Assembly (NCBI GenBank): GCA_044225365.1
Contig: JBGAIQ010000020.1
Span: forward strand, 38,741-102,740
Reading direction: 5' to 3'
Source of the DNA: Planctomycetota bacterium
Lineage (GTDB): Bacteria; Planctomycetota; B15-G4; JADJEK01
DNA length: 64,000 nt
Positions 40,348 through 49,292 of the stretch are shown in pieces. Every line of letters starts with the position of its first letter. The first letter of the stretch is position 1. A model generated the notes under the pieces. It was given only the letters and a program-made list of their open reading frames with translations, made no database searches and was not told where the DNA came from. Position numbers and translations under genes: made by a program.

Positions 40348-40490
40348 GGGAGATGCCTGCCTCGATCTCTCGCCGCGGCGCGCGGTCCTTCGGGATCGCG
40401 CGCCGCGCTCGCACGCTTGCCCTCCTCTGCGAGTTCCTTTCCCTATACTGGCGCATGCTCCCCACGAACTCCCGAGATGGAGACTCGAGC

Positions 40491-42956
40491 ATGCTGTTCC
40501 CCCGTTCGATCCGTGCGATCGCTCGCATTGGAATCGCCATCCCGATCGTCGCGGCTCTTCTTGGTGGCGTTGCGACCGCGCTCGCGACGCCGTCCCGCGA
40601 TCCGGCGATCCTGCGGAACTTCGATCCCACGCGAGGGTGGCTCGTCGAGTTCGACGGTCGCGGCTTCCTCGTGGAGTCGATCACGAACGGATGGAGTTTC
40701 GGCCTCGCTCTCGAGAGCTTCGGGGTGGTGGGTGCGCCGAACGGGATCGTTTCCCAAGGCGCGTCGACGGTGGAGCCGGGCCGCGTCGAGGTGCGATGGA
40801 GCGAAGCGCTGGTCGAATGGTACGAGAACGCGGGACAGGGACTCGAGCACGGCTTCACGCTCGCGGAGCGGCCGAAGAGTCGGGACGGAGCCGTGGGACC
40901 GGGGCCGCTCGAATTCGCGCTTCGAGTACGCGGCCGACTCGAGCCGCGCGTCGAGGCCGATGAACGGGGCATCGCGTTCACGACGCCCGATGGCGCGACC
41001 GTCGTCGAGTACTCCGGCCTCCGCGCGTTCGACGCGCTCGGCCGCGAACTGCCGGCCGCGTTGCGCGCGGCTTCGGACCGGATCTCGATCGTCGTCGACG
41101 ATTCGTCGGCGCAGTATCCGATCGTCGTCGATCCCCTCGTTGAGAATGCATACGTCAAGGCTTCGAACACGGGCGCGGGCGATCAATTCGGTGCGGGCGT
41201 CGCGATCTTCGGCGACACCCTCGTGGTCGGTGCACCGAAGGAGGACAGTGACGCGACCGGCGTGAACGGCGACGAGGCGAACGACAACGCTCCCGATTCC
41301 GGAGCGGCCTACGTCTTCACCCGGACGAATGGCGTCTGGACGCAGCAGGCCTACCTGAAGGCGTCCAATGCGCAGGGCGGCGACTCGTTCGGCTACTCCG
41401 TCGCGATCGCGGGCGACACGCTCGTGGTGGGCGCGCCCTCCGAGGATGGGGGCGGTACGGGCACGACGGGTGATCCGACCGACAACGGCGTCGCGAACTC
41501 CGGGGCCGCGTACGTGTTCGTACGCAAGAACGGAGCCTGGACCGAGCAGGCCTACTTGAAGGCATCCAATCCAGATTCGCTGGACCTGTTCGGGCTCTCC
41601 GTCGCGATCTTCGGGGACACGATCGTCGTCGGGGCCAGGAACGAGGACGGTGATTCGACGGGCGTGAACGGACCGAACACCAATGCAGCGGTCAATTCCG
41701 GCGCCGCCTACGTCTTCGTCCGCAAGGGCGCGACGTGGAGTCCGCAGGCCTACTTGAAGGCGTCGAATACGGGGCCGAGCGATGCGTTCGGTTCGTCGGT
41801 CGCGATCTCCAAGGACACGATCGTCGTCGGTGCGTTCAGGGAGGACAGCGCGGCCACCGGGGTCGACGGCGACGGATCGAGCAACGGTGCGAATGACGCC
41901 GGCGCTGCGTACGTCTTCGTTCGAAAGGGCACGACCTGGAGTCAGCAGGCCTACCTGAAGGCATCGAATACCGGGGCGAACGACTTCTTCGGCCAGTCCG
42001 TCGCGATCTGCGGCGAGACCCTGATCGTGGGAGCGCCGCTCGAGTCCAGCAACGCCAACGGCGTCGGCGGGGACGAGTCCGATGATTCGGCGCCGCAAGC
42101 CGGAGCGGCCTACGTGTTCGTCCGCAGCGGAACGACCTGGAGTCAACAGGCGTACCTGAAGGAGGCGAATTCGGTGGCGGGCGACGGGTTCGGTGGAGCG
42201 GTCGCCATCGCGGGCGACATCGTCGCGGTGACAGCGCCTTTCGCCGTCGGCGGGGTCGGCACGCCTCAGGGAACGGGCGGGGTCTCGATCCTCGCACGGA
42301 CCGGGACGACGTGGGCTCCGATCGGCAATCCGCTGGTCGCGCAGAACGGAGAGTCCGGGGACGCACTCGGTGAGTCGGTCGGGATCTCCGGCGACACGAT
42401 CGTCGCGGGATCTCAATGGGAGAGCAGCTCGACGACCGGAATCGGAGGCGATGGGTCGTTGAACGATGCGCAGTACGCGGGGGCAGCGTACGTCTTCTCG
42501 AGTCGCACGACGCTCACGCTCTCGGGCACCAAGGGCACGATCAAGAACAAGGCGAAGTCGGGCAAGGACTCGTTCACCTTGAAGGGCACGCTCACGGTGG
42601 AGCCGTTCTCGGACGGCTCGCTCCACCCGATGGTCGACGGCGCGACGATCCTCCTCGGCGCCGCAAGCGGCCCGATGACCTTCTCGCTGCCCGGCGGTGC
42701 CGATTGGTCGTCGACTGCGAGCAATGGCTACCACTACGAATCGCCCGCAGGTGTCGTGCCGCATCTCGAGTTCTCGATGGGCTTCGTCGACCTCACGACG
42801 CCGACGACGAGCTTTACGTTCACGGCGAAGGGCATCGACCTTCCCCTCGCGCTCCAGAACCCGGCCGGCATCAGCATCGAGATCGGCAACGACAGCGGCG
42901 CGTGGCTCGGGACGTGGAAGGACAAGAACAAGCATTGGCTCTTCAAGTACCCGTGA
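40491..42956 (+). CDS. Secreted FG-GAP repeat protein with N-terminal domain and Lys-rich C-terminal domain
   Basis: Repeats QAYLKASN..xDxFGxSVAIxGDTxVVGA..E...SGAAYVF (about 6); N-terminal EWYEN..GLEHGF domain. Confidence 0.88.
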   Translation: MLFPRSIRAIARIGIAIPIVAALLGGVATALATPSRDPAILRNFDPTRGWLVEFDGRGFLVESITNGWSFGLALESFGVVGAPNGIVSQGASTVEPGRVEVRWSEALVEWYENAGQGLEHGFTLAERPKSRDGAVGPGPLEFALRVRGRLEPRVEADERGIAFTTPDGATVVEYSGLRAFDALGRELPAALRAASDRISIVVDDSSAQYPIVVDPLVENAYVKASNTGAGDQFGAGVAIFGDTLVVGAPKEDSDATGVNGDEANDNAPDSGAAYVFTRTNGVWTQQAYLKASNAQGGDSFGYSVAIAGDTLVVGAPSEDGGGTGTTGDPTDNGVANSGAAYVFVRKNGAWTEQAYLKASNPDSLDLFGLSVAIFGDTIVVGARNEDGDSTGVNGPNTNAAVNSGAAYVFVRKGATWSPQAYLKASNTGPSDAFGSSVAISKDTIVVGAFREDSAATGVDGDGSSNGANDAGAAYVFVRKGTTWSQQAYLKASNTGANDFFGQSVAICGETLIVGAPLESSNANGVGGDESDDSAPQAGAAYVFVRSGTTWSQQAYLKEANSVAGDGFGGAVAIAGDIVAVTAPFAVGGVGTPQGTGGVSILARTGTTWAPIGNPLVAQNGESGDALGESVGISGDTIVAGSQWESSSTTGIGGDGSLNDAQYAGAAYVFSSRTTLTLSGTKGTIKNKAKSGKDSFTLKGTLTVEPFSDGSLHPMVDGATILLGAASGPMTFSLPGGADWSSTASNGYHYESPAGVVPHLEFSMGFVDLTTPTTSFTFTAKGIDLPLALQNPAGISIEIGNDSGAWLGTWKDKNKHWLFKYP

Positions 42957-43092
42957 GGTCGAGGCGCTCACGATCCTCAATCGCGGCCGTGCGGCGGAAA
43001 TCGCGTGCCGGCTTCCACACGGACGTTTCCACCGATCGCGGCGCTCAGTATCATCCCGGGTCGATCCGAGCGTCCCACGAAGGCAGGTACGA

Positions 43093-43515
43093 ATGGCTGA
43101 GCACGACCCAATCCGTGTCCTGGTGGCCAAGCCGGGCCTCGATGGCCACGATCGCGGCGCCAAGGTCGTCGCTGCTGGATTGCGCGACGCGGGCTTCGAA
43201 GTGATCTACACCGGTCTGCACCAGACCGCGGAGATGATCGTCGAGGCGGCGGTCCAGGAAGACGTCGATGCGGTGGGGCTCTCGATCCTCTCCGGCGCCC
43301 ACATGACGCTGCTACCAAAAGTTAAACGTTTGCTCGACTCGGCCGGCGCGACTGACATACTCGTCACCGGTGGCGGTATCATCCCGGCGGACGACCTCGC
43401 CGAACTCCAGAAACTGGGGATCGGCAAGCTGTTCGGGCCGGGATCGACCATCGCCGATATCGCTCGATATATCGCAGACGAAGTCTCGAAGCGGCGCCTC
43501 GCAGAGTCGAAATGA
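43093..43515 (+). CDS. icmB: Cobalamin-binding small subunit of acyl-CoA mutase
   Basis: [12 protein letters not shown] (DxHxxG), SILSGAH, GGIIP. Confidence 0.88.
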   Translation: MAEHDPIRVLVAKPGLDGHDRGAKVVAAGLRDAGFEVIYTGLHQTAEMIVEAAVQEDVDAVGLSILSGAHMTLLPKVKRLLDSAGATDILVTGGGIIPADDLAELQKLGIGKLFGPGSTIADIARYIADEVSKRRLAESK

Positions 43516-43566
43516 CGCGCGGGGCCGAACGAGCCAGAGACGGTCGATGACGAAGGAGTGGGCTCC

Positions 43567-43962
43567 ATGACAGGTCCCCGCGCGCCAGAACCGACGAGAG
43601 AGATCCTGAACATCGAAGAGGCCGCGCAATTGCTCGGCGTCTCGACCAAGACGTTCGCCAAAGTCTTGCGCGACGGTGAGATCCCGGGTCGCAAGATCGG
43701 GCGCGAATGGAAGTTCAGCAAGCAGGCGTTGATCACGTGGGTCGCGAACGGCAAGTCGTGCGACTTCCTCGACCTGCAGGACGAGACCGACGGCGAGGAC
43801 GAAGGCGCGGTCGAGGAGTCTCGCGACGCTCGGTTCGTCGCGCGCGATCCGTCGAAGATCGCCGGCCGCGAGCCATCGACTCCCACGAATCCTCTGACGC
43901 GACCGCGTCAGAATCCGCCGCCGCGGCGCGGCGAGAACGAGATGTCGGTCGAAGAGGACTGA
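43567..43962 (+). CDS. Excisionase-like helix-turn-helix (HTH_17-type) DNA-binding protein with acidic disordered tail
   Basis: LNIEEAAQLLGVS...GEIPGRKIGREWKF. Confidence 0.85.
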   Translation: MTGPRAPEPTREILNIEEAAQLLGVSTKTFAKVLRDGEIPGRKIGREWKFSKQALITWVANGKSCDFLDLQDETDGEDEGAVEESRDARFVARDPSKIAGREPSTPTNPLTRPRQNPPPRRGENEMSVEED

Positions 43963-44001
43963 CGCCTCTGTCTCCTCGAACGCTCGAATGGAACACCCGG
44001 G

Positions 44002-45150
44002 ATGGACGACACTGCGACGAGCCGATTCGATCTGACCGAGGAGCAATTGCTCCTCCAGGAGACGGTGCGTCGTTTCGCGGATACGACGCTCGCTCCGCGG
44101 GCTCGCGCCATGGATCATGCGGCCGCGCTCGATCCCGTCGTCGTCTCCGGCCTCCGCGAACTCGGTCTCACCGGTCTCGTGCTGCCCGAGGACGTCGGCG
44201 GCGCCGCGATGGATACCGTTGCGTTCGCGATCGCGCTCGAGGAGATCGCGCGCGGCGATGGCGCCAGCGCGTGGACCCTGCTGTCGCATCTCGGTTGCTG
44301 CGCCGCGACGATCGCGACGGCGGGGTCCAGTGCATTGCGCGAATCGCTCCTGCCGGCGCTCGCGAGCGGCGAGACGCTCGGCGGCGTCGCGTACGCCGAG
44401 AAGGATGCAGGATCGGACTTCTTCGCCACGCGTTGCGTGGCCGCCGAAAGCGGAAGCTCGATTTCGATCTCGGGCGTGAAGCTGCCCGTCACGAACGCGG
44501 CGAGCGGCGGAGTCTTCCTCGTGACGGCGCGCGAGGGCGCCGCAGTCGACGCGCCTCTGTCGCTCTTCGCGGTCGCGGCGAATTCGGCGAACGTGAAGCG
44601 CGGGCGGAGGATCGAGACCCTCGGGCTGCGCGCCGCCGACATCGGTGAAGTCTCGTTCGAGAACTGCGTCGTCGAAGCGAGCCATCGAATCGGAGCGCGT
44701 GGCGATGCACTGAGCGAGATCGAGAAGTCGCGGGTCCTGTCGCGCATCGGCGTCGCGGCGATCGGTCTCGGCCTCGCACGCGCGGCCCAAGAGCGAGCGG
44801 CCAGGTACTCGCGGGAGCGCGTCACCTTCGGCAAGCCGATCGGTGAGCATCAGGCCGTCGCGCTCAAACTCGCGGACATGTCGATCGCGATCTCGGCGGC
44901 GCGCCAGCTCGTGCTGCTCGCCGCGAGGACGCACGCTGCGGGGGGCGACGCCGCACGCTGCGCGATCGAAGCGAAGATCTTCGCGTCCGAGGCTGCGGTG
45001 AAGGTTGCATACGATGCCATCCAGGTGCACGGGGGCTACGGCTACTCCGCGGAATACGAAGTCGAGCGCATGTGGCGCGACGCGAAGTACATGACCCTCG
45101 GCGAGGGCACGAACGATATGCTCCGAATCGGACTGGAAGTTCGCGAATAG
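44002..45150 (+). CDS. Acyl-CoA dehydrogenase family protein (divergent)
   Basis: LTEEQLLLQETVRRFA, AGSD, ERVTFGKPI, QVHGGYGY, GEGT. Confidence 0.9.
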   Translation: MDDTATSRFDLTEEQLLLQETVRRFADTTLAPRARAMDHAAALDPVVVSGLRELGLTGLVLPEDVGGAAMDTVAFAIALEEIARGDGASAWTLLSHLGCCAATIATAGSSALRESLLPALASGETLGGVAYAEKDAGSDFFATRCVAAESGSSISISGVKLPVTNAASGGVFLVTAREGAAVDAPLSLFAVAANSANVKRGRRIETLGLRAADIGEVSFENCVVEASHRIGARGDALSEIEKSRVLSRIGVAAIGLGLARAAQERAARYSRERVTFGKPIGEHQAVALKLADMSIAISAARQLVLLAARTHAAGGDAARCAIEAKIFASEAAVKVAYDAIQVHGGYGYSAEYEVERMWRDAKYMTLGEGTNDMLRIGLEVRE

Positions 45151-45237
45151 ACCGCCGGAGGAGAAGGGCGCCGGGCCGGAACCCGATGTCCCTCTCGAAC
45201 CTCCTCATTCGTCCCATCCTCAACTCCCACTTCCAAC

Positions 45238-46443
45238 ATGCCCACCGTCATCACTCACGCGCTTCGTACGCCCATCGGCAAGTTCATGGGCGGTCTCAAG
45301 GATCTGTCGGCCGTCGAACTCGGCGTCCATGCCGTGAAGGCGATCCTCGCGCAATCGGGGTTGAAGCCGGAGCAGATCGACGAAGTCGTCTTCGGCAATG
45401 CGCGTCAGGCGGGTGGCGGTCCCAATCCCGCGAGGCAGATCCTCGTCAAGTCCGGCATCCCGGTCGAGAAGATCGCGATGACGGTGAACAAGGCTTGCGG
45501 CTCCGGCCTCGAGTCGATCGCGCAGGCCGACCGCCTGATCCGGCTCGGCGAAGCCGAGATCGTGATCGCCGGCGGAACCGAATCGATGAGCCGTGTGCCG
45601 TTCGAGCTCGACCTTCGCGAGGGTTTTCGGCTCGGTCACGCCACGGTGCATGACGGCAACTTCCGCGACGGATTCCAGTGTCCGCTCGCCGACCAGTTGA
45701 TGGGCCGCACTGCGGAGAATCTCGCCGAGAAGTTCGCCATCTCGCGCAAGGAGCAGGACGAATTCGCGCTCGCTTCGCAGAAGAAGGCGGAGATGGCGCA
45801 GAAGGCCGGTCGCTTCAAGGCCGAGATCGCGCCCGTGAAATGGGCCGACAAGCGCGGCAAGGAAACCGTGATCGATACCGACGAGCATCCGCGCAGCAAC
45901 TGCAAGCTCGACGATCTCTCGCCGCTGCCCGCCGTTTTCAAGAAAGACGGCACGGTCTCCGCCGGCAACAGCTCCGGCATGACCGACGGCGCCGCGTGCG
46001 TGCTCGTGATGAGCGAGGAGAAAGCGAAGTCGCTCGGGCTGAAACCGCTCGCGAGGATCATGGGCTACGCGTCCGCCGGTTGTGAACCGAAGGAGATGGG
46101 CCTCGGCCCGGTGCCCGCGACGGCGAAGCTGTTCCAGAAGTTATCGCGCGAATTGAAGCGCGGCGTCGAACTCTACGACTTCGACGTCATCGAACTGAAC
46201 GAGGCGTTCGCCGCGCAGGTCATCGCCTGCGATCGCTTGATGAAGCTGCCGATGGATCGACTCAACGTGAACGGCGGCTCGATCGCGCTCGGCCACCCGA
46301 TCGGCGCGACCGGTTGCCGCATCGTGGTGTCGCTGCTCCACGAGATGAAGCGCCTCGATCTCGCGCGCGGCCTCGCGACGCTCTGCATCTCGGGCGGCCT
46401 CGGGATGACGATGGCTTTCGAGCAATGCGATGGACACGCTTGA
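45238..46443 (+). CDS. Thiolase (second paralogue)
   Basis: NKACGSG, NEAF, GHPIGATG, CISGG. Confidence 0.95.
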   Translation: MPTVITHALRTPIGKFMGGLKDLSAVELGVHAVKAILAQSGLKPEQIDEVVFGNARQAGGGPNPARQILVKSGIPVEKIAMTVNKACGSGLESIAQADRLIRLGEAEIVIAGGTESMSRVPFELDLREGFRLGHATVHDGNFRDGFQCPLADQLMGRTAENLAEKFAISRKEQDEFALASQKKAEMAQKAGRFKAEIAPVKWADKRGKETVIDTDEHPRSNCKLDDLSPLPAVFKKDGTVSAGNSSGMTDGAACVLVMSEEKAKSLGLKPLARIMGYASAGCEPKEMGLGPVPATAKLFQKLSRELKRGVELYDFDVIELNEAFAAQVIACDRLMKLPMDRLNVNGGSIALGHPIGATGCRIVVSLLHEMKRLDLARGLATLCISGGLGMTMAFEQCDGHA

Positions 46444-46454
46444 CGCCACGCTCC

Positions 46455-46677
46455 GGGCGCACGGCAGTGCGTTCGTCGTTTCCAAACCGCCTCCGTCGAA
46501 TCGCCGAGCCGTCGAGCACAAACGGAACGCCGTCCCCGTAGGGGCGCACGGCGGTGCGCCCGTCGTTCGCAAACAGCAAGCGTCGAATCGCCGAACCGGG
46601 AACACGATTGTGCGCCCGTCGTGCGCGTCCACACGAACGTTGAAATCGAGGAAGGGCGGACAGCCGTCCGCCGCTAC
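46455..46677. repeat. Cluster of GTAG-type REP-like palindromes (BIME-like)
   Basis: GTAGGGGCGCACGGCGGTGCGCCC at 46538-46561 (+); GTAGCGGCGGACGGCTGTCCGCCC at 46654-46677 (-); degenerate copies near 46455 and 46598; linker CGTCGAATCGCCGA twice. Confidence 0.75.
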
Positions 46678-46683
46678 GAGGAG

Positions 46684-47559
46684 ATGACCGTGGAAATCAA
46701 GAACGTCGGCGTCATCGGTTGCGGCCTCATGGGCTCCGGCATCGTCCAGATCGCGGCGATGGCGGGCTACGACGTGATTGCCGTCGAGGCCGTTCCCGCG
46801 GCGCTCGAGAAGGGGCTGAAGCGAGTCGAGGGATCGCTCGCCAAGCTCGTCGAGAAAGCGAAGATCCCGCAAGAGCTCGCGGATTCCTCGAAGAAGCGCA
46901 TCCGCGGCAGCGGGAGTCTCGACGACCTGAAGGACTGCGACCTCGTGATCGAGGCGATCATCGAGGATCTCGGCGCGAAGAAGGAGCTCTTCGGCAAGCT
47001 CGGCAAGCTCGTGAAGCCGAGCGCGATCTTTGCGTCGAACACGTCGTCGTTCCCGATCGCGGAGATGGGGGAGGCCTCCGGCCGACCCGCGCAGATGGTC
47101 GGTCTTCATTTCTTCAATCCTGTCCAGCTCATGCAGCTCGTCGAGGTCGTCGCGACCAAGGCTACGCGCGAAGACGTGTTCGCCGCGGCGAAGGCGTTCG
47201 GCAGCAAGTGCGGCAAGACGCCGATCCGCGCGAGCGACACGCCGGGTTTCGTCGTGAATCGCTTGCTCGTGCCGTACCTCGTCGAAGCGATCCGCATGCT
47301 CGAGCGCGGTGAGGCGACGAAGGAGGACATCGACACCGGCATGCAGCTCGGCTGCGGCCATCCGATGGGCCCGCTCACGCTCGTCGACTACGTCGGCCTC
47401 GACACCACGCTCTTCATCCTCGACGGCTGGCATCGTCGCTTCCCGAACGATCCGCTGTTCGTGCCGCCGAAGATGCTGCGCGATATGGTGGCGAAGGGCA
47501 CGCTCGGGAGGAAGTCGGGCAAGGGCTTCTACGAGTGGGAAGGGGACAAGAAGAAGTGA
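46684..47559 (+). CDS. 3-hydroxyacyl-CoA dehydrogenase (second paralogue)
   Basis: GCGLMGSGI, SNTSS, GLHFFNP, PGFVVNR, HPMGP. Confidence 0.95.
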   Translation: MTVEIKNVGVIGCGLMGSGIVQIAAMAGYDVIAVEAVPAALEKGLKRVEGSLAKLVEKAKIPQELADSSKKRIRGSGSLDDLKDCDLVIEAIIEDLGAKKELFGKLGKLVKPSAIFASNTSSFPIAEMGEASGRPAQMVGLHFFNPVQLMQLVEVVATKATREDVFAAAKAFGSKCGKTPIRASDTPGFVVNRLLVPYLVEAIRMLERGEATKEDIDTGMQLGCGHPMGPLTLVDYVGLDTTLFILDGWHRRFPNDPLFVPPKMLRDMVAKGTLGRKSGKGFYEWEGDKKK

Positions 47560-48482
47560 TCGGAGCTTCGTTCCTCCTCCTTGGCGCCGTGCTCGGCGAA
47601 GCACCGAGCGTCGTGCTCGAGGCGCCGCAGCGGGTCGTCCTCGGTGAGCCGATTCCCATCGCCGTGAGGTTCTCGAGTTCGGAGACGGCGACGTCTTCGA
47701 ATCCCGCGGTTGCCCTCGAAGCGCGGAATCTCTCGTTCGACGTGCGATTCGAGGACGGAACGACCGCACGCTTCCTCGAGACGATCGGCGATCCACCGCA
47801 GCACGCATCCGGAAACGGGTCAGCGACCTTGGTCACGGTCGAGGTTCCGACGTTGGCCGTCGGGCGATGGACCTTCACTCCTCATGCACTCGTCGGCGGT
47901 AAGGATCTCGCCGGCGCGGAGCGAACGGTCGAAGTGGGCGGTGCCGGCGACGTCATCGCCTATGGCCTCGAGATCGAGACCAGTCGCGGGTTGCTGCGCG
48001 CGGATCTCCTTCCGAAGAGCGCGCCGGCGGCATGCCTGCACGTCGCGAGAGCCTGTCGCTCCCCGGGTTTCGGTACCCAACCGATCGATCGCGTGTGGTC
48101 GAAGGCGATGATTCGAATCCCGCCGCCGCTCTCGCCGAGCGATGCGGCCGCGTCGCGCGCGCGCATCGATCTCGACCCATCTCCGTCGCATCACGAGCGC
48201 GGTAGCCTCTCGCTTTGGCGGGACGGCGTGGCAGGAGAGGACTTGAAGAAGCCATCGATCGCGGGGGCAGGCGATGGCTCGTTCTTCGTCCTCACGACGG
48301 CCGAGCCATGGATGGACGGACGCTATTGTGTCTTCGGTCGCGTGACCGCCGGCATCGAAGTCGCCGACGAGATCGTGAAACAGCCTCTCGAGCCCGCCGC
48401 CAACGGCGAGCTTTCGAAGCCGAAGGAACCAGTTAGAGTCGTATCCGTGAAGCTCGTTCCCGTGACCGGAAAGCCGAAGTGA
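47556..48482 (+). CDS. Exported protein with degenerate cyclophilin (PPIase) domain
   Basis: Signal-like start; IETSRG..L.PKSAP, HERGSLS, PWMDGRYCVFGRV..G.EV.D.I. Confidence 0.7.
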   Translation: MIGASFLLLGAVLGEAPSVVLEAPQRVVLGEPIPIAVRFSSSETATSSNPAVALEARNLSFDVRFEDGTTARFLETIGDPPQHASGNGSATLVTVEVPTLAVGRWTFTPHALVGGKDLAGAERTVEVGGAGDVIAYGLEIETSRGLLRADLLPKSAPAACLHVARACRSPGFGTQPIDRVWSKAMIRIPPPLSPSDAAASRARIDLDPSPSHHERGSLSLWRDGVAGEDLKKPSIAGAGDGSFFVLTTAEPWMDGRYCVFGRVTAGIEVADEIVKQPLEPAANGELSKPKEPVRVVSVKLVPVTGKPK

Positions 48483-49273
48483 TGACCGCCACCGATTGCC
48501 CGGACCTGAAGATCGAGATCGACGGCGGTGTCGCCGTCGTCACCGTGAATCGCCCCGACAAGTTGAACGCGCTGAACGCCGCGGTCATCGACCAGCTCGG
48601 GCGTTGCTTCGCGGCGTTGAAGGACGATGCCGCAGTCCGCGCGGTCGTCCTCACGGGAGCAGGAGAGAAGGCGTTCGTCGCGGGCGCCGACATCAAGGAG
48701 CTCGCGGCGCAGGACCCGAATCAGATGCTCGCGACCTCGCAGCAGGGGCAACGCGTTTTCGCGTCGATCGAGTCGCTCGGCAAGCCGGTCCTCGCCGCGA
48801 TCAACGGCTTCGCGCTCGGCGGCGGCCTCGAACTCGCAATGGCGTGCACGATGCGCATGGCCTCCGAGACGGCGAAGCTCGGGCTGCCCGAGGTCACGCT
48901 CGGCATCCTGCCCGGCTATGCGGGAACGCAGCGGCTCGTGCGCCTCGTCGGCAAGGGCAAGGCGATCGAGATGATGCTCGTCGGCGAGCCGATCGTGGCG
49001 GCCGAAGCGCATCGACTCGGACTCGTGAATCACGTCTACTCGCAGAGCGACCTGCTCGCGAAGACGCGCGAGATCGCGCAGAAGCTGAGCCAGCGCGCGC
49101 CGCTCGCCGTCGCGGCGATCCTCGAAGCGGGCAACGCGGCGATCGACAACACGCTCGCCGATGGTTCGATGCTCGAGTCCGAGCTGTTCTGCCGGCTCGC
49201 GGCGACGAAAGACACTCAAGAAGGCCTGCGCGCGTTCATCGAGAAGCGCCCGGCCCGATTCCAAGGTCAGTGA
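48482..49273 (+). CDS. Enoyl-CoA hydratase (crotonase)
   Basis: NRPDKLNAL, AFVAGADIKE, ALGGGLELA, PEVTLG..PG..GTQRL. Confidence 0.95.
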   Translation: MTATDCPDLKIEIDGGVAVVTVNRPDKLNALNAAVIDQLGRCFAALKDDAAVRAVVLTGAGEKAFVAGADIKELAAQDPNQMLATSQQGQRVFASIESLGKPVLAAINGFALGGGLELAMACTMRMASETAKLGLPEVTLGILPGYAGTQRLVRLVGKGKAIEMMLVGEPIVAAEAHRLGLVNHVYSQSDLLAKTREIAQKLSQRAPLAVAAILEAGNAAIDNTLADGSMLESELFCRLAATKDTQEGLRAFIEKRPARFQGQ

Positions 49274-49292
49274 AGAGAGTACGGAGACAACG

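Noticed and set aside
43567-43962. Prophage or ICE implied by the excisionase-like gene
   Set aside because: No integrase, att repeats or phage genes; the gene is flanked by co-oriented metabolic genes.
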